Of a stretch of DNA of 64,000 bases, positions 19,782-29,384 are shown piece after piece; the first letter of the stretch is position 1; each line of letters opens with the position of its first letter. This stretch comes from Nanobdellota archaeon (GTDB lineage: Archaea; Nanobdellota; Nanobdellia; Pacearchaeales; GW2011-AR1). The DNA is taken from the NCBI GenBank assembly GCA_018830525.1, contig JAHJSH010000029.1, positions 105,697 to 169,696 of the forward strand, in the 5' to 3' direction. The notes beneath the pieces are model-generated. The model ran no database searches and had not been told where the DNA came from. It worked only from the letters and a program-made list of their open reading frames with translations. The translations under genes and the position numbers were made by a program.

Positions 19782-22175
19782 ATGAAAAAGGGTGAACAGA
19801 AAGAGGTTATCAGATTGAGAAATGTTTCTAAGCATTATCCAATGGGAGATTCGATAGTTAAGGCGCTTAACCATGTAGAGTTAAAAGTTTTTCAAGGAGA
19901 ATTTATTGCAATCATGGGGCCTAGTGGTTCGGGGAAATGTCTTGTTGGGGAGACGGAGGTAGTTGGGAAAGATGGAGTTCCCTATAGGATCGAAAATTTT
20001 GATGGGAGGGGTGTATTTTCTTGCGACTTTAATAACGGAAAGATTGTTTCGAGTGACGTTGTTGATTTTCACAATAGAGATGAATCTAAATTAATTGAAA
20101 TAAAAACAACTGGTGGCAGGAAGATTAGTGCGACAGAAGATCATCCTTTTTTTAGTATTAATGAAGGGGGTGTTTGTGAGATTTTCGCGAGTAACTTGGG
20201 TAAGGGGAATTTTATTGCTTGTCCTAGAAAAATAAAAATTAGGGGAAAGTGTCAAAATTTAAATTCGTTTGAAAAATTAAGTAAAGATAAATCACTAATA
20301 ATTTATGATTCGGTAAATTTAGTTAGAAATGTTTTTGAAAATATTGGAGTATCTAAGGCAACGGTTTGTAAAAAATTTGGGATAGCCCCTGGAACTTATG
20401 ACTGTTGGAAAACAAAAAACAATATTCCGCTTAATTTATTTAGTAAGATATTAAATTTGTATGGTAAAAATATTAAAGATTATAATAATTTGTTGTTGAC
20501 TGGTATGTGTTCTCGGAAAAAAGTTTGTATCCCGATGGTGACTAGTCCTAAACTAATGGAATTATATGGTTATTTAACTGGAGATGGTAATCTTGATAGA
20601 GATGGATTAAAGTTTACTAATTTTGATAAAGGGTTGGTGGGTAGATTTATTGGTTTGTCTAGGGATGTTTTTAAAACTGAACCGTGTGTTAGGCATGGAA
20701 GAACTGATATGAACTCGCGAGTTTTGGTTTCTTTTTTTAATAAGGTCTTTGGATTTTCAAAAATTAAAAAATCTAGGAATATTAGATTGCCTGATTTTGT
20801 TTTTAGATGTAGCGAAAAGGAGATTGCCGGATTTATTAGGGGGTTGTTTGACTGTGATTCTCATATTTATTTAAACAGGAAAGAAATTGTACTTACTCTT
20901 GCAAGTGAAAATTTAATTAAACAGGTTTGGAATTTGCTTTTGAGATTTGGTATTGTCGGGCGATATTCTGAAAAAGAGAAATATGCTGCGAATACTAAAT
21001 TGAAGATTCGAAGGAAATATTATTCGTTGTCAATTTCTGGATATGAAAATTTGAAATTGTATAATGAGTTTATTGGGTTTAATTGTTTAAAGAAAAGTAG
21101 GCGACTAAAGGACCATCTGAAAAATAAGGGTAATACTAATGTTGATGTGATTCCTTGTGGCGATTTAATTAGAAAAATACGTAGGGATTCTGGTATTAAT
21201 TTTAATAGAGCTATTCATAAATTTTTGTGGCCCTATGAGACGAAAAAGATTAATCCATCTATTCGCCAATTGGAGAAAATTATTAAGGTGTTTAAAAAGG
21301 GAGGGGTTCGAGAGGAGGAGTTGAAAGAATTAAAGAAGTTGGTAAAGGCTGAGATATTCTGGGATAAGATACTTTCAATAAAAAAAATAAGAAAGAAAGT
21401 TAAGGTTTATGACTTGACGGTTCCGGAAACTAATAATTTTATTGCTAATAATTTTATTGTTCATAATTCAACTGCGATGAATTTAGTAGGGAGTCTTGAT
21501 GTGCCGACACATGGAACAATTTATCTAGATGGTGGGGATATTGCAGAATTGAGTGAATCTGATTTAGCCCAAGTCCGTGGGAAGAAGATAGGATTTATTT
21601 TTCAGTCTTTTAATTTGATTAATAATTTGACGGTGAAAGAAAATGTCATGTTGCCGATGATGTTTCAGGGGACGAGTTTTGAGGAGAGAAGTGATAAGGC
21701 TGAAGATTTGTTGAGGTTGGTTGAGTTGCATGATAGGATGGACCATTATCCAGGGGAGATTTCTGGAGGACAGATGCAGAGGGTTGCGATTGCTCGGAGT
21801 TTAGCGAATGACCCAGAAGTTGTGTTGGCTGATGAGCCAACTGGAAATTTGGATACGAAGACTGGTGCGATTGTTATGGATTTTTTGAAGAAGTTAAATA
21901 AACAAGGGAAGACAGTGATTATGGTTACTCATGATCCAGACCTAGCTAAGGAGTATGCTGATGTTATTTATTGGTTGAAGGATGGGGAATTGGAGAAGGT
22001 TACGAAAAGGTCTGGGAAAAGTTTTATTGATGTTACTAAGAGGAAGAAGAAAGAAGCTTCTGCCGAAGCTTCACACACTCATTTGTCTAATAGAAAGAAA
22101 ATGAGTAAAGAAGTTAAATCCGATGGTCGTCGCGCCACCGGGCATACCCCCCACTCGCGGAGTAAGGGGGTATAA
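19782..22175 (+). CDS. LolD/MacB-type ABC transporter ATPase containing an intein
   Basis: GPSGSGK[intein]ST, GFIFQSFNL, SGGQMQR, LADEPTGNLD and VTHD motifs. Confidence 0.93.
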   Translation: MKKGEQKEVIRLRNVSKHYPMGDSIVKALNHVELKVFQGEFIAIMGPSGSGKCLVGETEVVGKDGVPYRIENFDGRGVFSCDFNNGKIVSSDVVDFHNRDESKLIEIKTTGGRKISATEDHPFFSINEGGVCEIFASNLGKGNFIACPRKIKIRGKCQNLNSFEKLSKDKSLIIYDSVNLVRNVFENIGVSKATVCKKFGIAPGTYDCWKTKNNIPLNLFSKILNLYGKNIKDYNNLLLTGMCSRKKVCIPMVTSPKLMELYGYLTGDGNLDRDGLKFTNFDKGLVGRFIGLSRDVFKTEPCVRHGRTDMNSRVLVSFFNKVFGFSKIKKSRNIRLPDFVFRCSEKEIAGFIRGLFDCDSHIYLNRKEIVLTLASENLIKQVWNLLLRFGIVGRYSEKEKYAANTKLKIRRKYYSLSISGYENLKLYNEFIGFNCLKKSRRLKDHLKNKGNTNVDVIPCGDLIRKIRRDSGINFNRAIHKFLWPYETKKINPSIRQLEKIIKVFKKGGVREEELKELKKLVKAEIFWDKILSIKKIRKKVKVYDLTVPETNNFIANNFIVHNSTAMNLVGSLDVPTHGTIYLDGGDIAELSESDLAQVRGKKIGFIFQSFNLINNLTVKENVMLPMMFQGTSFEERSDKAEDLLRLVELHDRMDHYPGEISGGQMQRVAIARSLANDPEVVLADEPTGNLDTKTGAIVMDFLKKLNKQGKTVIMVTHDPDLAKEYADVIYWLKDGELEKVTKRSGKSFIDVTKRKKKEASAEASHTHLSNRKKMSKEVKSDGRRATGHTPHSRSKGV
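19938..21467 (+). mobile_element. Intein (510 aa) with LAGLIDADG homing endonuclease
   Basis: Cys1 CLVGET, block B ATEDHPF, LYGYLTGDG and FIRGLFDCDS, ends VYDLTV...IVHN/S. Confidence 0.95.
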
Positions 22176-23392
22176 TGAAGCTTGATTACTTAATCTTAGC
22201 TTTAAAAAATTTGAAGCATCGGGGAATTCGTTCTTGGTTGACTTTGCTTGGAATTTTTATTGGTGTTACTGCAGTTGTTGCGTTGATAGGTTTGGGAACG
22301 GGATTGCAGATGGCGGTTAGTGCTCAGTTTGGAGTTAGTTCGACAGAAATACTTACAGTTCAGGCAGGAGGTCTTAATGCTTTTGGAGCTCCGGGAAGTG
22401 GGGCCGTTAATAAATTGACAACAGAGGACGTAGAGGCCATTGAAAGATTGTCTTCGGTTAAGGTGGCAATTCCGAGGATGATTACTACAGGGAAAATGGA
22501 ATATAATGATATTGTAAGTTTTAGAATGGCTGCCTCAGTCCCGGATGGGATAAAGAGAAAAATTGCTTATGAGGTCTTGGACTCGAAGGCAGAGGTTGGA
22601 AGGATGCTTAAGGATGGAGATACTAATAAGGTAATATTAGGATATAATTTTTGGAAAGATGATGCAGTTTTTGGAGAGAGGATTGTTCCGGGAAAAACTA
22701 TTTTGATCCAGGACGAGAAATTTATTGTGGTTGGTATCTTGGAGAAAACGGGGAGTATCATATTTGATAACGTGGTGATGATGAATGAAGGACCTTTGAG
22801 AGATTTAATGGATTATGGGGATGATGTTGATGTTATCGCAGTCCAGGTCAAGAGTGAAGAAGATATGGACCGGGCAAAGGAAGATATTGAAAAATTGTTG
22901 CGGGAACGAAGGAATGTTGATGTCGGTGAAGAAGATTTTGAGGTTTCTACCCCTGAGGCTATGATGGAAACAGTGGGAAATATTCTTGGTGGCGTCCAGG
23001 CGTTTATAATAATTATCGCTTCTATTTCGATTTTGGTGGGGGCACTAGGGATTGTTAATACTATGACTACATCAGTTTTAGAACGAAGAAAAGAGATTGG
23101 GATTATGAAGGCTATTGGAGCGACGAACTTTCAGATCTTTTTGCAATTCTTTTTTGAGTCAGGACTATTAGGTTTTGTGGGGGGATTGGTGGGGATTATT
23201 TTTGGGACTCTTATTAGTGTTGTAGGTGTTGTAGGAATTAATAGTTTTATTGGGTCGGAACTTGCTCCGACAATTGATCTCGTACTAATCAGCGGGGCAT
23301 TGATTGGTAGTTTCATTGTAGGTGCGGTTGCAGGAATTGTACCCGCAATGAATGCCGCTAAACAAAATCCGGTGGAGGCGTTGAGGGGATAA
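22175..23392 (+). CDS. MacB/FtsX-family ABC permease
   Basis: RSWLTLLGIFIGV, ERRKEIGIMKAIGA and PVEALR motifs. Confidence 0.92.
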   Translation: MKLDYLILALKNLKHRGIRSWLTLLGIFIGVTAVVALIGLGTGLQMAVSAQFGVSSTEILTVQAGGLNAFGAPGSGAVNKLTTEDVEAIERLSSVKVAIPRMITTGKMEYNDIVSFRMAASVPDGIKRKIAYEVLDSKAEVGRMLKDGDTNKVILGYNFWKDDAVFGERIVPGKTILIQDEKFIVVGILEKTGSIIFDNVVMMNEGPLRDLMDYGDDVDVIAVQVKSEEDMDRAKEDIEKLLRERRNVDVGEEDFEVSTPEAMMETVGNILGGVQAFIIIIASISILVGALGIVNTMTTSVLERRKEIGIMKAIGATNFQIFLQFFFESGLLGFVGGLVGIIFGTLISVVGVVGINSFIGSELAPTIDLVLISGALIGSFIVGAVAGIVPAMNAAKQNPVEALRG

Positions 23393-23519
23393 AGATGATA
23401 AATAAAAAGGAGAACATTAGATTACGCAAGGACAACCCGGTAGGTAATCTGGTGATTGAAGTCCTTGCGGACCCCCCAGTAGGTGGTCTGGTGATTAAAA
23501 AATCAGGAGATTTTTGCTT

Positions 23520-24731
23520 ATGATAAGTAAAGAGAGTGTAAAGTATTCATTGAATAATCTTAAGAAAAGTAAAGCTAGAAGCATCCTTACAATTTTGTCT
23601 ATCTTTGTGGGGATTATGACTATTTTTATTTTTGTTAGTTTTGGCTGGGGGCTTTATGATTATATTGATGAATTTACTTCTTCGTCTTCAGCAGATAAGT
23701 TGATGATTATGCCAAAGGGGGGTATGGGGGTTCCGGGACTGGATACTACCTTTCCACTTTTGGATGGTGATGTGCAGGTGATTAAGAACACGCCAGGAGT
23801 TTATGAGGCAACGGGAGTGTATATGAGTGTAGGAGAAGTCGTGCAGGATGATGCAAAAAAATATGTGTTTGTGGCAAGTTATGATCCGGATTTGCCGATG
23901 ATAATGGAGCTTTCAGATATTGAAGTAATTGAGGGACGAGCCCTTCGAGCTAGTGATTCTGGGAAAGTCACCTTAGGTTATAATTATTTGGTTAAGAATC
24001 GTATTTTTTCGAAAGTTTATTCTCTGAATAGTAAGATTAATGTGCAGGGGCAAGACCTTAGAATTGTGGGATTCTATGAATCTGTTGGAAATCCTCAAGA
24101 CGATTCTAATATTTATATTGCAAATGATTATATGTCTGAGCTTTATCCAGAGAAGAATCTTTCTTATGGTATGATTATTGCACGGGCAGATAAGGAAAAT
24201 ATTGATGAGACTGTTGAGAGGGTTGAGAAAAAATTGCGAGACTCTAGGGGTCTGGATGCGGGAAAGGAAGACTTCACTGTTGATTCTTATGCTAGCTTGT
24301 TGGATTCTTATATGATTGTCTTGGATATTATAATTGGTTTTATCCTTTTGATTGCGTTTATTTCGATTGTTGTTTCCGCGGTTAATACTGCGAATACAAT
24401 GATTACTTCTGTGCTGGAGAGATTTAAAGAAATCGGGGTTTTGAAATCTATTGGTGCTAGGAATAGTGAAATCTTTAAGATATTTTTATTTGAATCGGGA
24501 TTCCTTGGGTTTGTCGCGGGGGTGATTGGGGTTTTGGCTGGTTTGGGAGCAACAACCTTGGCGGCAGGTATTTTAGATAATCTTGGATACGGGTTCCTTA
24601 GTCCCCATTACTCGTGGACTTTATTTGCAGGACTAATTTTATTTGCGACATTAACCGGGGCGATTTCGGGAATGATCCCAGCATGGAGAGCAAGTAAGAT
24701 TAATGCAGTTGATGCATTACGTTACGAGTAA
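23520..24731 (+). CDS. MacB/FtsX-family ABC permease
   Basis: RSILTILSI, ERFKEIGVLKSIGA and VDALRYE motifs. Confidence 0.92.
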   Translation: MISKESVKYSLNNLKKSKARSILTILSIFVGIMTIFIFVSFGWGLYDYIDEFTSSSSADKLMIMPKGGMGVPGLDTTFPLLDGDVQVIKNTPGVYEATGVYMSVGEVVQDDAKKYVFVASYDPDLPMIMELSDIEVIEGRALRASDSGKVTLGYNYLVKNRIFSKVYSLNSKINVQGQDLRIVGFYESVGNPQDDSNIYIANDYMSELYPEKNLSYGMIIARADKENIDETVERVEKKLRDSRGLDAGKEDFTVDSYASLLDSYMIVLDIIIGFILLIAFISIVVSAVNTANTMITSVLERFKEIGVLKSIGARNSEIFKIFLFESGFLGFVAGVIGVLAGLGATTLAAGILDNLGYGFLSPHYSWTLFAGLILFATLTGAISGMIPAWRASKINAVDALRYE

Positions 24732-24752
24732 TAACTAAAATATTTTTTAGAA

Positions 24753-25592
24753 TTAATGTCTCTTTTTCTTTTTGGTGAATTTCCTAATTATCCACCATCC
24801 GATTAAAATAACTGCAACTATGCCAAAGATGTAAGTCCATTTAGAAGTTGTTTTTTGGTCGGCGATTCTTTCAGTGAAATACGTCGAATCGAAGGATATT
24901 GTTTTTATAACTGACCTTCGAACATTGATGGTATCTGAATAAGTCAGTTCTATTGTTAAATCTCCGTCCCTCATAGTTGCTTCGAAGTCTGCCGTAGTGT
25001 ATTCATTTGAATCTAAATCTCCAACGACAATTCGGTTGGCTCCTTTAACAATTATATTTGTTTGTTGAGGGATTGAAATTGTTAATGCTTCTACATCAGA
25101 CTCTTTAATGTTCAAGACCTCTAAGGTCAGTTCACGGGTTTTGAAATCATAGTCCTTAACATAAACTTCAAAGTCTGCTCGAACATCATCTACCTCTACA
25201 TTAAAAGTTTTTAATAAGGGGGCATCGTTTTTATTTTGGACACTTATTTCTATAGGATTTGCCCCATCAAGTGCATCTGCGTCAATCCGAACTTCATAAG
25301 GAATTTGAAAGGTTGATTGAAAGTTTCTTATATAATCTATTCCGCTAAAAGTTATTTTTCCGTCCGTTCCAGGATTGAACTGAATCGGATAACCTTCTAA
25401 AAGCTCAAAGTTTATGGCCCCGCATTCTGAACTTGCTAATCCACTAACTTGGAAAACCAATTTTACATAATCTCCCGGGACTGCAGGGTAAGGGTTTTGA
25501 TTTAATAACGAAACTGTTAAATCGCAAGATTCGGCACTAACTATCGTTACCGCGAAAACTACTAGAAATAATAACACCACGCCTTTTTTCAT
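24753..25592 (-). CDS. Secreted membrane-anchored protein (COG1361/S-layer-domain-like)
   Basis: Signal peptide, QNPYPAVPG, C-terminal TM with basic tail; next to ABC system. Confidence 0.7.
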   Translation of the reverse strand: MKKGVVLLFLVVFAVTIVSAESCDLTVSLLNQNPYPAVPGDYVKLVFQVSGLASSECGAINFELLEGYPIQFNPGTDGKITFSGIDYIRNFQSTFQIPYEVRIDADALDGANPIEISVQNKNDAPLLKTFNVEVDDVRADFEVYVKDYDFKTRELTLEVLNIKESDVEALTISIPQQTNIIVKGANRIVVGDLDSNEYTTADFEATMRDGDLTIELTYSDTINVRRSVIKTISFDSTYFTERIADQKTTSKWTYIFGIVAVILIGWWIIRKFTKKKKRH

Positions 25593-25729
25593 AATGTTTA
25601 GTAGTGTTGTTTATTTATAAAAGTTTGCAAGTAATCTCATAAAAGTTTAAAAAGAAAAAATGATACGGGAATGTAAGAGGTTGAAAATGTCACTCGAAGA
25701 GTCACCAAAATATAAAAGAGGAAAAAATA

Positions 25730-26260
25730 ATGGCGAAGAAATGTATTTATTGTTTTGAACTTGTCGGAGATAATTCCGTCGTTGATATGTGCCAGCGTTG
25801 TATGTATCAGGTTTGGGGGGAGAAAATGGCGAAAGCGATTGTCGAAGGAATGGAAGGCGAGCGGAATAAAGGAAATTTAGATTTGGGGAGAGTTGGAGAA
25901 AACCGGAGAGAAGATATCGTTCCGGTTGTTGAATTTGCACCCAAGGGTGTACACCCCGGGGGTGCGAGAACCTCTTCGAGGCCTCCTACCCAGATGGCAT
26001 CCGCTAGCACGGACAGTGTCGGCAATGATCATATAGAAGTTAGGAAACCTGAATTAGAAATTATTGAGACTGCATTTGAAAGTGTTAGTTCAGAAGAGTT
26101 GATTATTTCCGACGTTCCAAGAATTGAAGAAGTTGCATCTGTTATTGAAGAGTCATATTCTGAGGAAATGGAACTTCCGAGTTCACTTCTGGGAGAAAGT
26201 AATGAAGAAAATTTTGAGGACTCGCAGATTTCTGTAGATGCTGAAAGTTTTATTTCTTAG
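25730..26260 (+). CDS. Hypothetical protein, N-terminal Zn-binding motif and acidic tail
   Basis: CIYC..CQRC; GC-rich insert at about 25939-26025. Confidence 0.65.
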   Translation: MAKKCIYCFELVGDNSVVDMCQRCMYQVWGEKMAKAIVEGMEGERNKGNLDLGRVGENRREDIVPVVEFAPKGVHPGGARTSSRPPTQMASASTDSVGNDHIEVRKPELEIIETAFESVSSEELIISDVPRIEEVASVIEESYSEEMELPSSLLGESNEENFEDSQISVDAESFIS

Positions 26261-26298
26261 CGGAAAGGTTTATAAGTGGAATTTTTCTTGATTTGTTA

Positions 26299-26425
26299 GG
26301 ATAGTTATACTGTCCGAGTTGGTGACAGCGCGTATAGTTCTGTCAGCTTCGATTATAATATAATGGTACCCCAAAGGGCATAACCTTTCAGGTCACGAGA
26401 ACCTGCAAGCAGGCGAGAACCCTTT
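26299..26425 (+). ncRNA. Candidate structured RNA or leader upstream of rpl21e
   Basis: Follows TTTATAAG (26269); TGACAG/CTGTCA and CCTG-CAAG-CAGG stems. Confidence 0.35.
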
Positions 26426-26451
26426 TCAAATAATTTCTCCAAAACAAGAAA

Positions 26452-26703
26452 ATGGCACGTCAAAGAAAAACTGTTAGAGAAAAAGGAAAGTTAAGACTTA
26501 GTAGATACTTTAAGAAAATTGATGATGGTGCGAAGGTTGCGATTGTGACTGAGCGTGGAGTTCGAGCGTCTTTTCCAAAAAGAATCCATGGAATGAGTGG
26601 AAAGATTCTTGAGAGCCGAGGAAAATTTAAGTTAGTTCAAATTAAAGATGGGAACAAAATGAAAACATTCATAATGCACCCAGTTCATTTGAGGTTATTA
26701 TAA
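26452..26703 (+). CDS. rpl21e: 50S ribosomal protein L21e
   Basis: FPKRIHGMSG..I and IKDGNKMKTFIMHPVHL motifs. Confidence 0.92.
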   Translation: MARQRKTVREKGKLRLSRYFKKIDDGAKVAIVTERGVRASFPKRIHGMSGKILESRGKFKLVQIKDGNKMKTFIMHPVHLRLL

Positions 26704-26707
26704 TCAC

Positions 26708-26756
26708 ATGGCGCTCGAAGAGGACCATAGATACAAGGAGAAACAATAAATGGCAA
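26708..26756 (+). repeat. Family B hairpin plus RBS unit (copy 1)
   Basis: ATGG-CG-CTC-GAA-GAG-GA-CCAT; 44/49 identical to 27058-27106. Confidence 0.8.
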
Positions 26757-27055
26757 TAATTGAAGAAACACCAATCACTATGGCAGAGGTTTTGGATTTA
26801 GCTGGCGATTCGGAGAAGGGCGAAGCGATTAAGAAATATATTAAGAAATTTACTAAGATGCCTGTTGAAAAAGCTAGGGAAATGAAAGAAGAATTGAAAG
26901 CATTAGATTTAATCAAATTGAAGGATTCACATATTGTAAAGATTGTTGACTTTATGCCAACTACCGCTTCGGAATTAAACAAGGTTCTTATTGAGGTTTC
27001 TCTGGATCAAGAGGAAATAACTAAAATATTAGATGTTGTCTCAAAATATAATTAA
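26750..27055 (+). CDS. rpoF: RNA polymerase subunit F (Rpo4)
   Basis: IIEETPITMAEV and KIVDFMP motifs; synteny rpl21e-rpoF-DUF655. Confidence 0.88.
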   Translation: MAIIEETPITMAEVLDLAGDSEKGEAIKKYIKKFTKMPVEKAREMKEELKALDLIKLKDSHIVKIVDFMPTTASELNKVLIEVSLDQEEITKILDVVSKYN

Positions 27056-27057
27056 TT

Positions 27058-27106
27058 ATGGCTCTCGAAGAGTACCATCTATACATGGAGAAACAATAAA
27101 TGGCAA
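27058..27106 (+). repeat. Family B hairpin plus RBS unit (copy 2)
   Basis: ATGG-CT-CTC-GAA-GAG-TA-CCAT. Confidence 0.8.
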
Positions 27107-27156
27107 AAGTAAATCGGAGATTTTCAATCTTCATTTTTTTGGGGGTCAGATAAAAA

Positions 27157-27693
27157 ATGGCGAAAGAAGAAAATGCGATTATACTAGATTTCCTACCCTA
27201 TGGGTATGTGATGGAAAAAAAAATGATGCCTATAGCTCAAGCTATCGGCACTAATGGATTTACTCTTTTGCAACTTGTTCCTCGAAGGGGGGAAAAATTT
27301 GAAGTTGGCGAAGTGGCTTATATCGGAGACGGTAAGAGAGATAAGGTTCAATATATCCTTGGGCGATGTCCAAGAGAGAAACTAACTGAAACTGCTAAAA
27401 TTCAGTTAGAAGAATTCATTGCGAAGTCAATTAAAGAAAACAAAGAAAAGTTCTTGAAGTTCTTTAATGAAGCACAAGCTATAAATACCCGACTTCATCA
27501 ATTCGAATTACTCCCAGGACTTGGGAAGAAACATACTAAGGCTCTCCTTGATGCTCGAAATGAAAAACCATTTGAGTCCTTTGAAGATATCAAGGCACGA
27601 GTTCACAACATGCCGTCGCCAGAGAAGGTTGTTGAGAAAAGAATTATGGAAGAGTTGACGGAAATACAGAGACACAATCTGTTTATATCATAA
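27157..27693 (+). CDS. DUF655 putative RNA-binding protein
   Basis: LDFLPYG and FFN.A..INTRLHQFELLPGLGKK motifs. Confidence 0.9.
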   Translation: MAKEENAIILDFLPYGYVMEKKMMPIAQAIGTNGFTLLQLVPRRGEKFEVGEVAYIGDGKRDKVQYILGRCPREKLTETAKIQLEEFIAKSIKENKEKFLKFFNEAQAINTRLHQFELLPGLGKKHTKALLDARNEKPFESFEDIKARVHNMPSPEKVVEKRIMEELTEIQRHNLFIS

Positions 27694-27694
27694 A

Positions 27695-28201
27695 ATGGCT
27701 GAAGAAAAGAAGAAACCTGTGAAAGAGCAAGAAGAAAAGAAGAAGCATCAAGGAAAAGAAGAACGGGACAATGTTAGTTTGATAAGGGTACTTGGGAAGG
27801 ATATTCGAGGAGATAAACAATTGTTCGCGGGACTTACCCAGATTAAAGGAATTTCTTGGGCGTTTGCTAATGCGACTTGTAAGATTTTGAAACTTGATAA
27901 AACAAAGAAAATTCAAGATGTTTCACCTGAAGAGCTGGCGAAGATTGAGGCGTTTGTTAAGAATCCTCAGATTCCGGGATTTTTGAAAAATAGGCAGAAG
28001 GATTTAGCAGATGGGAAAGATAAACATTTGAGTGGTGCTGATTTGAAATTGCAGGGAGAGTTCGATATTAAGAGACTTAAGAAAATTAAATCTTACAAAG
28101 GTATTCGACATTCTGCGAATCTTCCCGTAAGAGGACAGAGAACTAAATCTAATTTCCGAAGAAACAGGAAGCCTTCTGTAGCTGCGGGAAAGAAGAAATA
28201 G
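27695..28201 (+). CDS. rps13: 30S ribosomal protein S13
   Basis: IKGIS and SYKGIRH..LPVRGQRTK motifs. Confidence 0.95.
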   Translation: MAEEKKKPVKEQEEKKKHQGKEERDNVSLIRVLGKDIRGDKQLFAGLTQIKGISWAFANATCKILKLDKTKKIQDVSPEELAKIEAFVKNPQIPGFLKNRQKDLADGKDKHLSGADLKLQGEFDIKRLKKIKSYKGIRHSANLPVRGQRTKSNFRRNRKPSVAAGKKK

Positions 28202-28289
28202 AATGGAAAATAAAAATAGGGAGGTATTAAGTTTTTAGATTATGCAATGGTAAAGCCCTTGCGAAATTAAAAACTAAAGTTTTGAATTT

Positions 28290-28880
28290 ATGGGAGATAT
28301 AAAACGTAAAAGAAAATTGTTTAGTCGACCTAAGAAGAGGTTTGACCGAGCTAGAATGGATGAAGAAAATATTTTGGTTAATAGGTATGGATTGAAAAAC
28401 AAGCGAGAAATCTGGAAAGCAAAGACCTCTGTTTCAAAGATGAGACGAAGAGCCAAGGAACTTATTGGAAAGGAAATTGGAGAACAGCAAATTTTCTTTG
28501 ATAAGCTGGGTAAGATGGGTCTTGTAGTTCGAGATGTTTCAGATGTTTTGGCTTTAACTGAAGAAAATTTATTTGAACGAAGATTGCAGACAGTTCTTTT
28601 CAAGAAAAAAATGGCGAATACAGTTAAGGCAGCTCGACAATTAATTGTTCACAAAAATGTTTTGGTTGATGGAAAAGTGGTAAACATCCCATCGTTTATT
28701 GTTACAAAAGATTTGGAGGGCAAACTTTCGTTGAAGGAACGAAAGGTTAAGAAAGTTGAAGAAATTCCTGTGGAAAGCGAAGTGGCTGAGGTTACTGAAG
28801 AGGCACCCGTCGAGGAAGGTGCTGGGGAAAAAGTTGAAGAGGTTGTTGAAGAAGTAAAGGAAGAGGAGGCTAAAGAATAA
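28290..28880 (+). CDS. rps4: 30S ribosomal protein S4 with acidic tail
   Basis: YGLKNKREIWK, ERRLQT and ARQLIVH motifs. Confidence 0.95.
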   Translation: MGDIKRKRKLFSRPKKRFDRARMDEENILVNRYGLKNKREIWKAKTSVSKMRRRAKELIGKEIGEQQIFFDKLGKMGLVVRDVSDVLALTEENLFERRLQTVLFKKKMANTVKAARQLIVHKNVLVDGKVVNIPSFIVTKDLEGKLSLKERKVKKVEEIPVESEVAEVTEEAPVEEGAGEKVEEVVEEVKEEEAKE

Positions 28881-28919
28881 TTGGCGCTCGAAGAGTACCA
28901 TTATCTATAAAATAATATT

Positions 28920-29306
28920 ATGGTAAAGAATGAAGAAAACATTGGGATTTTGAATATTTATGCTAGTTTCAATAACACGATTGCAACTGTAACTGACTTG
29001 GCAGGGAACACGATTGGACGAGTTTCTGGTGGACAGATTACAAAACATGATCGAATGAGAGCTAACCCTACAATTGCTATGTTTATTGGGAAGAAGATTC
29101 AGGAATTATGCCGGGATTACCGGATGGATACTCTTTATGTTCGGATGAAAGGACAGACTGGTGGGACTGGTATAGGCCCCGGGGCTCACGCGATTGTTCG
29201 AACATTGACAAAAGAAGGATTCAAGATTTTGAGTATGGCTGAGACGACTGCAATTCCTCGAGGCGGTCCAAAGAAGAAAGGTGGAAGACGGGGGCGAAGA
29301 GTATAA
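28920..29306 (+). CDS. rps11: 30S ribosomal protein S11
   Basis: SFNNT, GPGA and GGRRGRRV motifs. Confidence 0.95.
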   Translation: MVKNEENIGILNIYASFNNTIATVTDLAGNTIGRVSGGQITKHDRMRANPTIAMFIGKKIQELCRDYRMDTLYVRMKGQTGGTGIGPGAHAIVRTLTKEGFKILSMAETTAIPRGGPKKKGGRRGRRV

Positions 29307-29384
29307 AGTGACTTCAGAAAAGTTTCATTACCCATTCCCAAAGGAAATGGCTAAACTTATAAACTAAAAACAAGATAAAATAAA

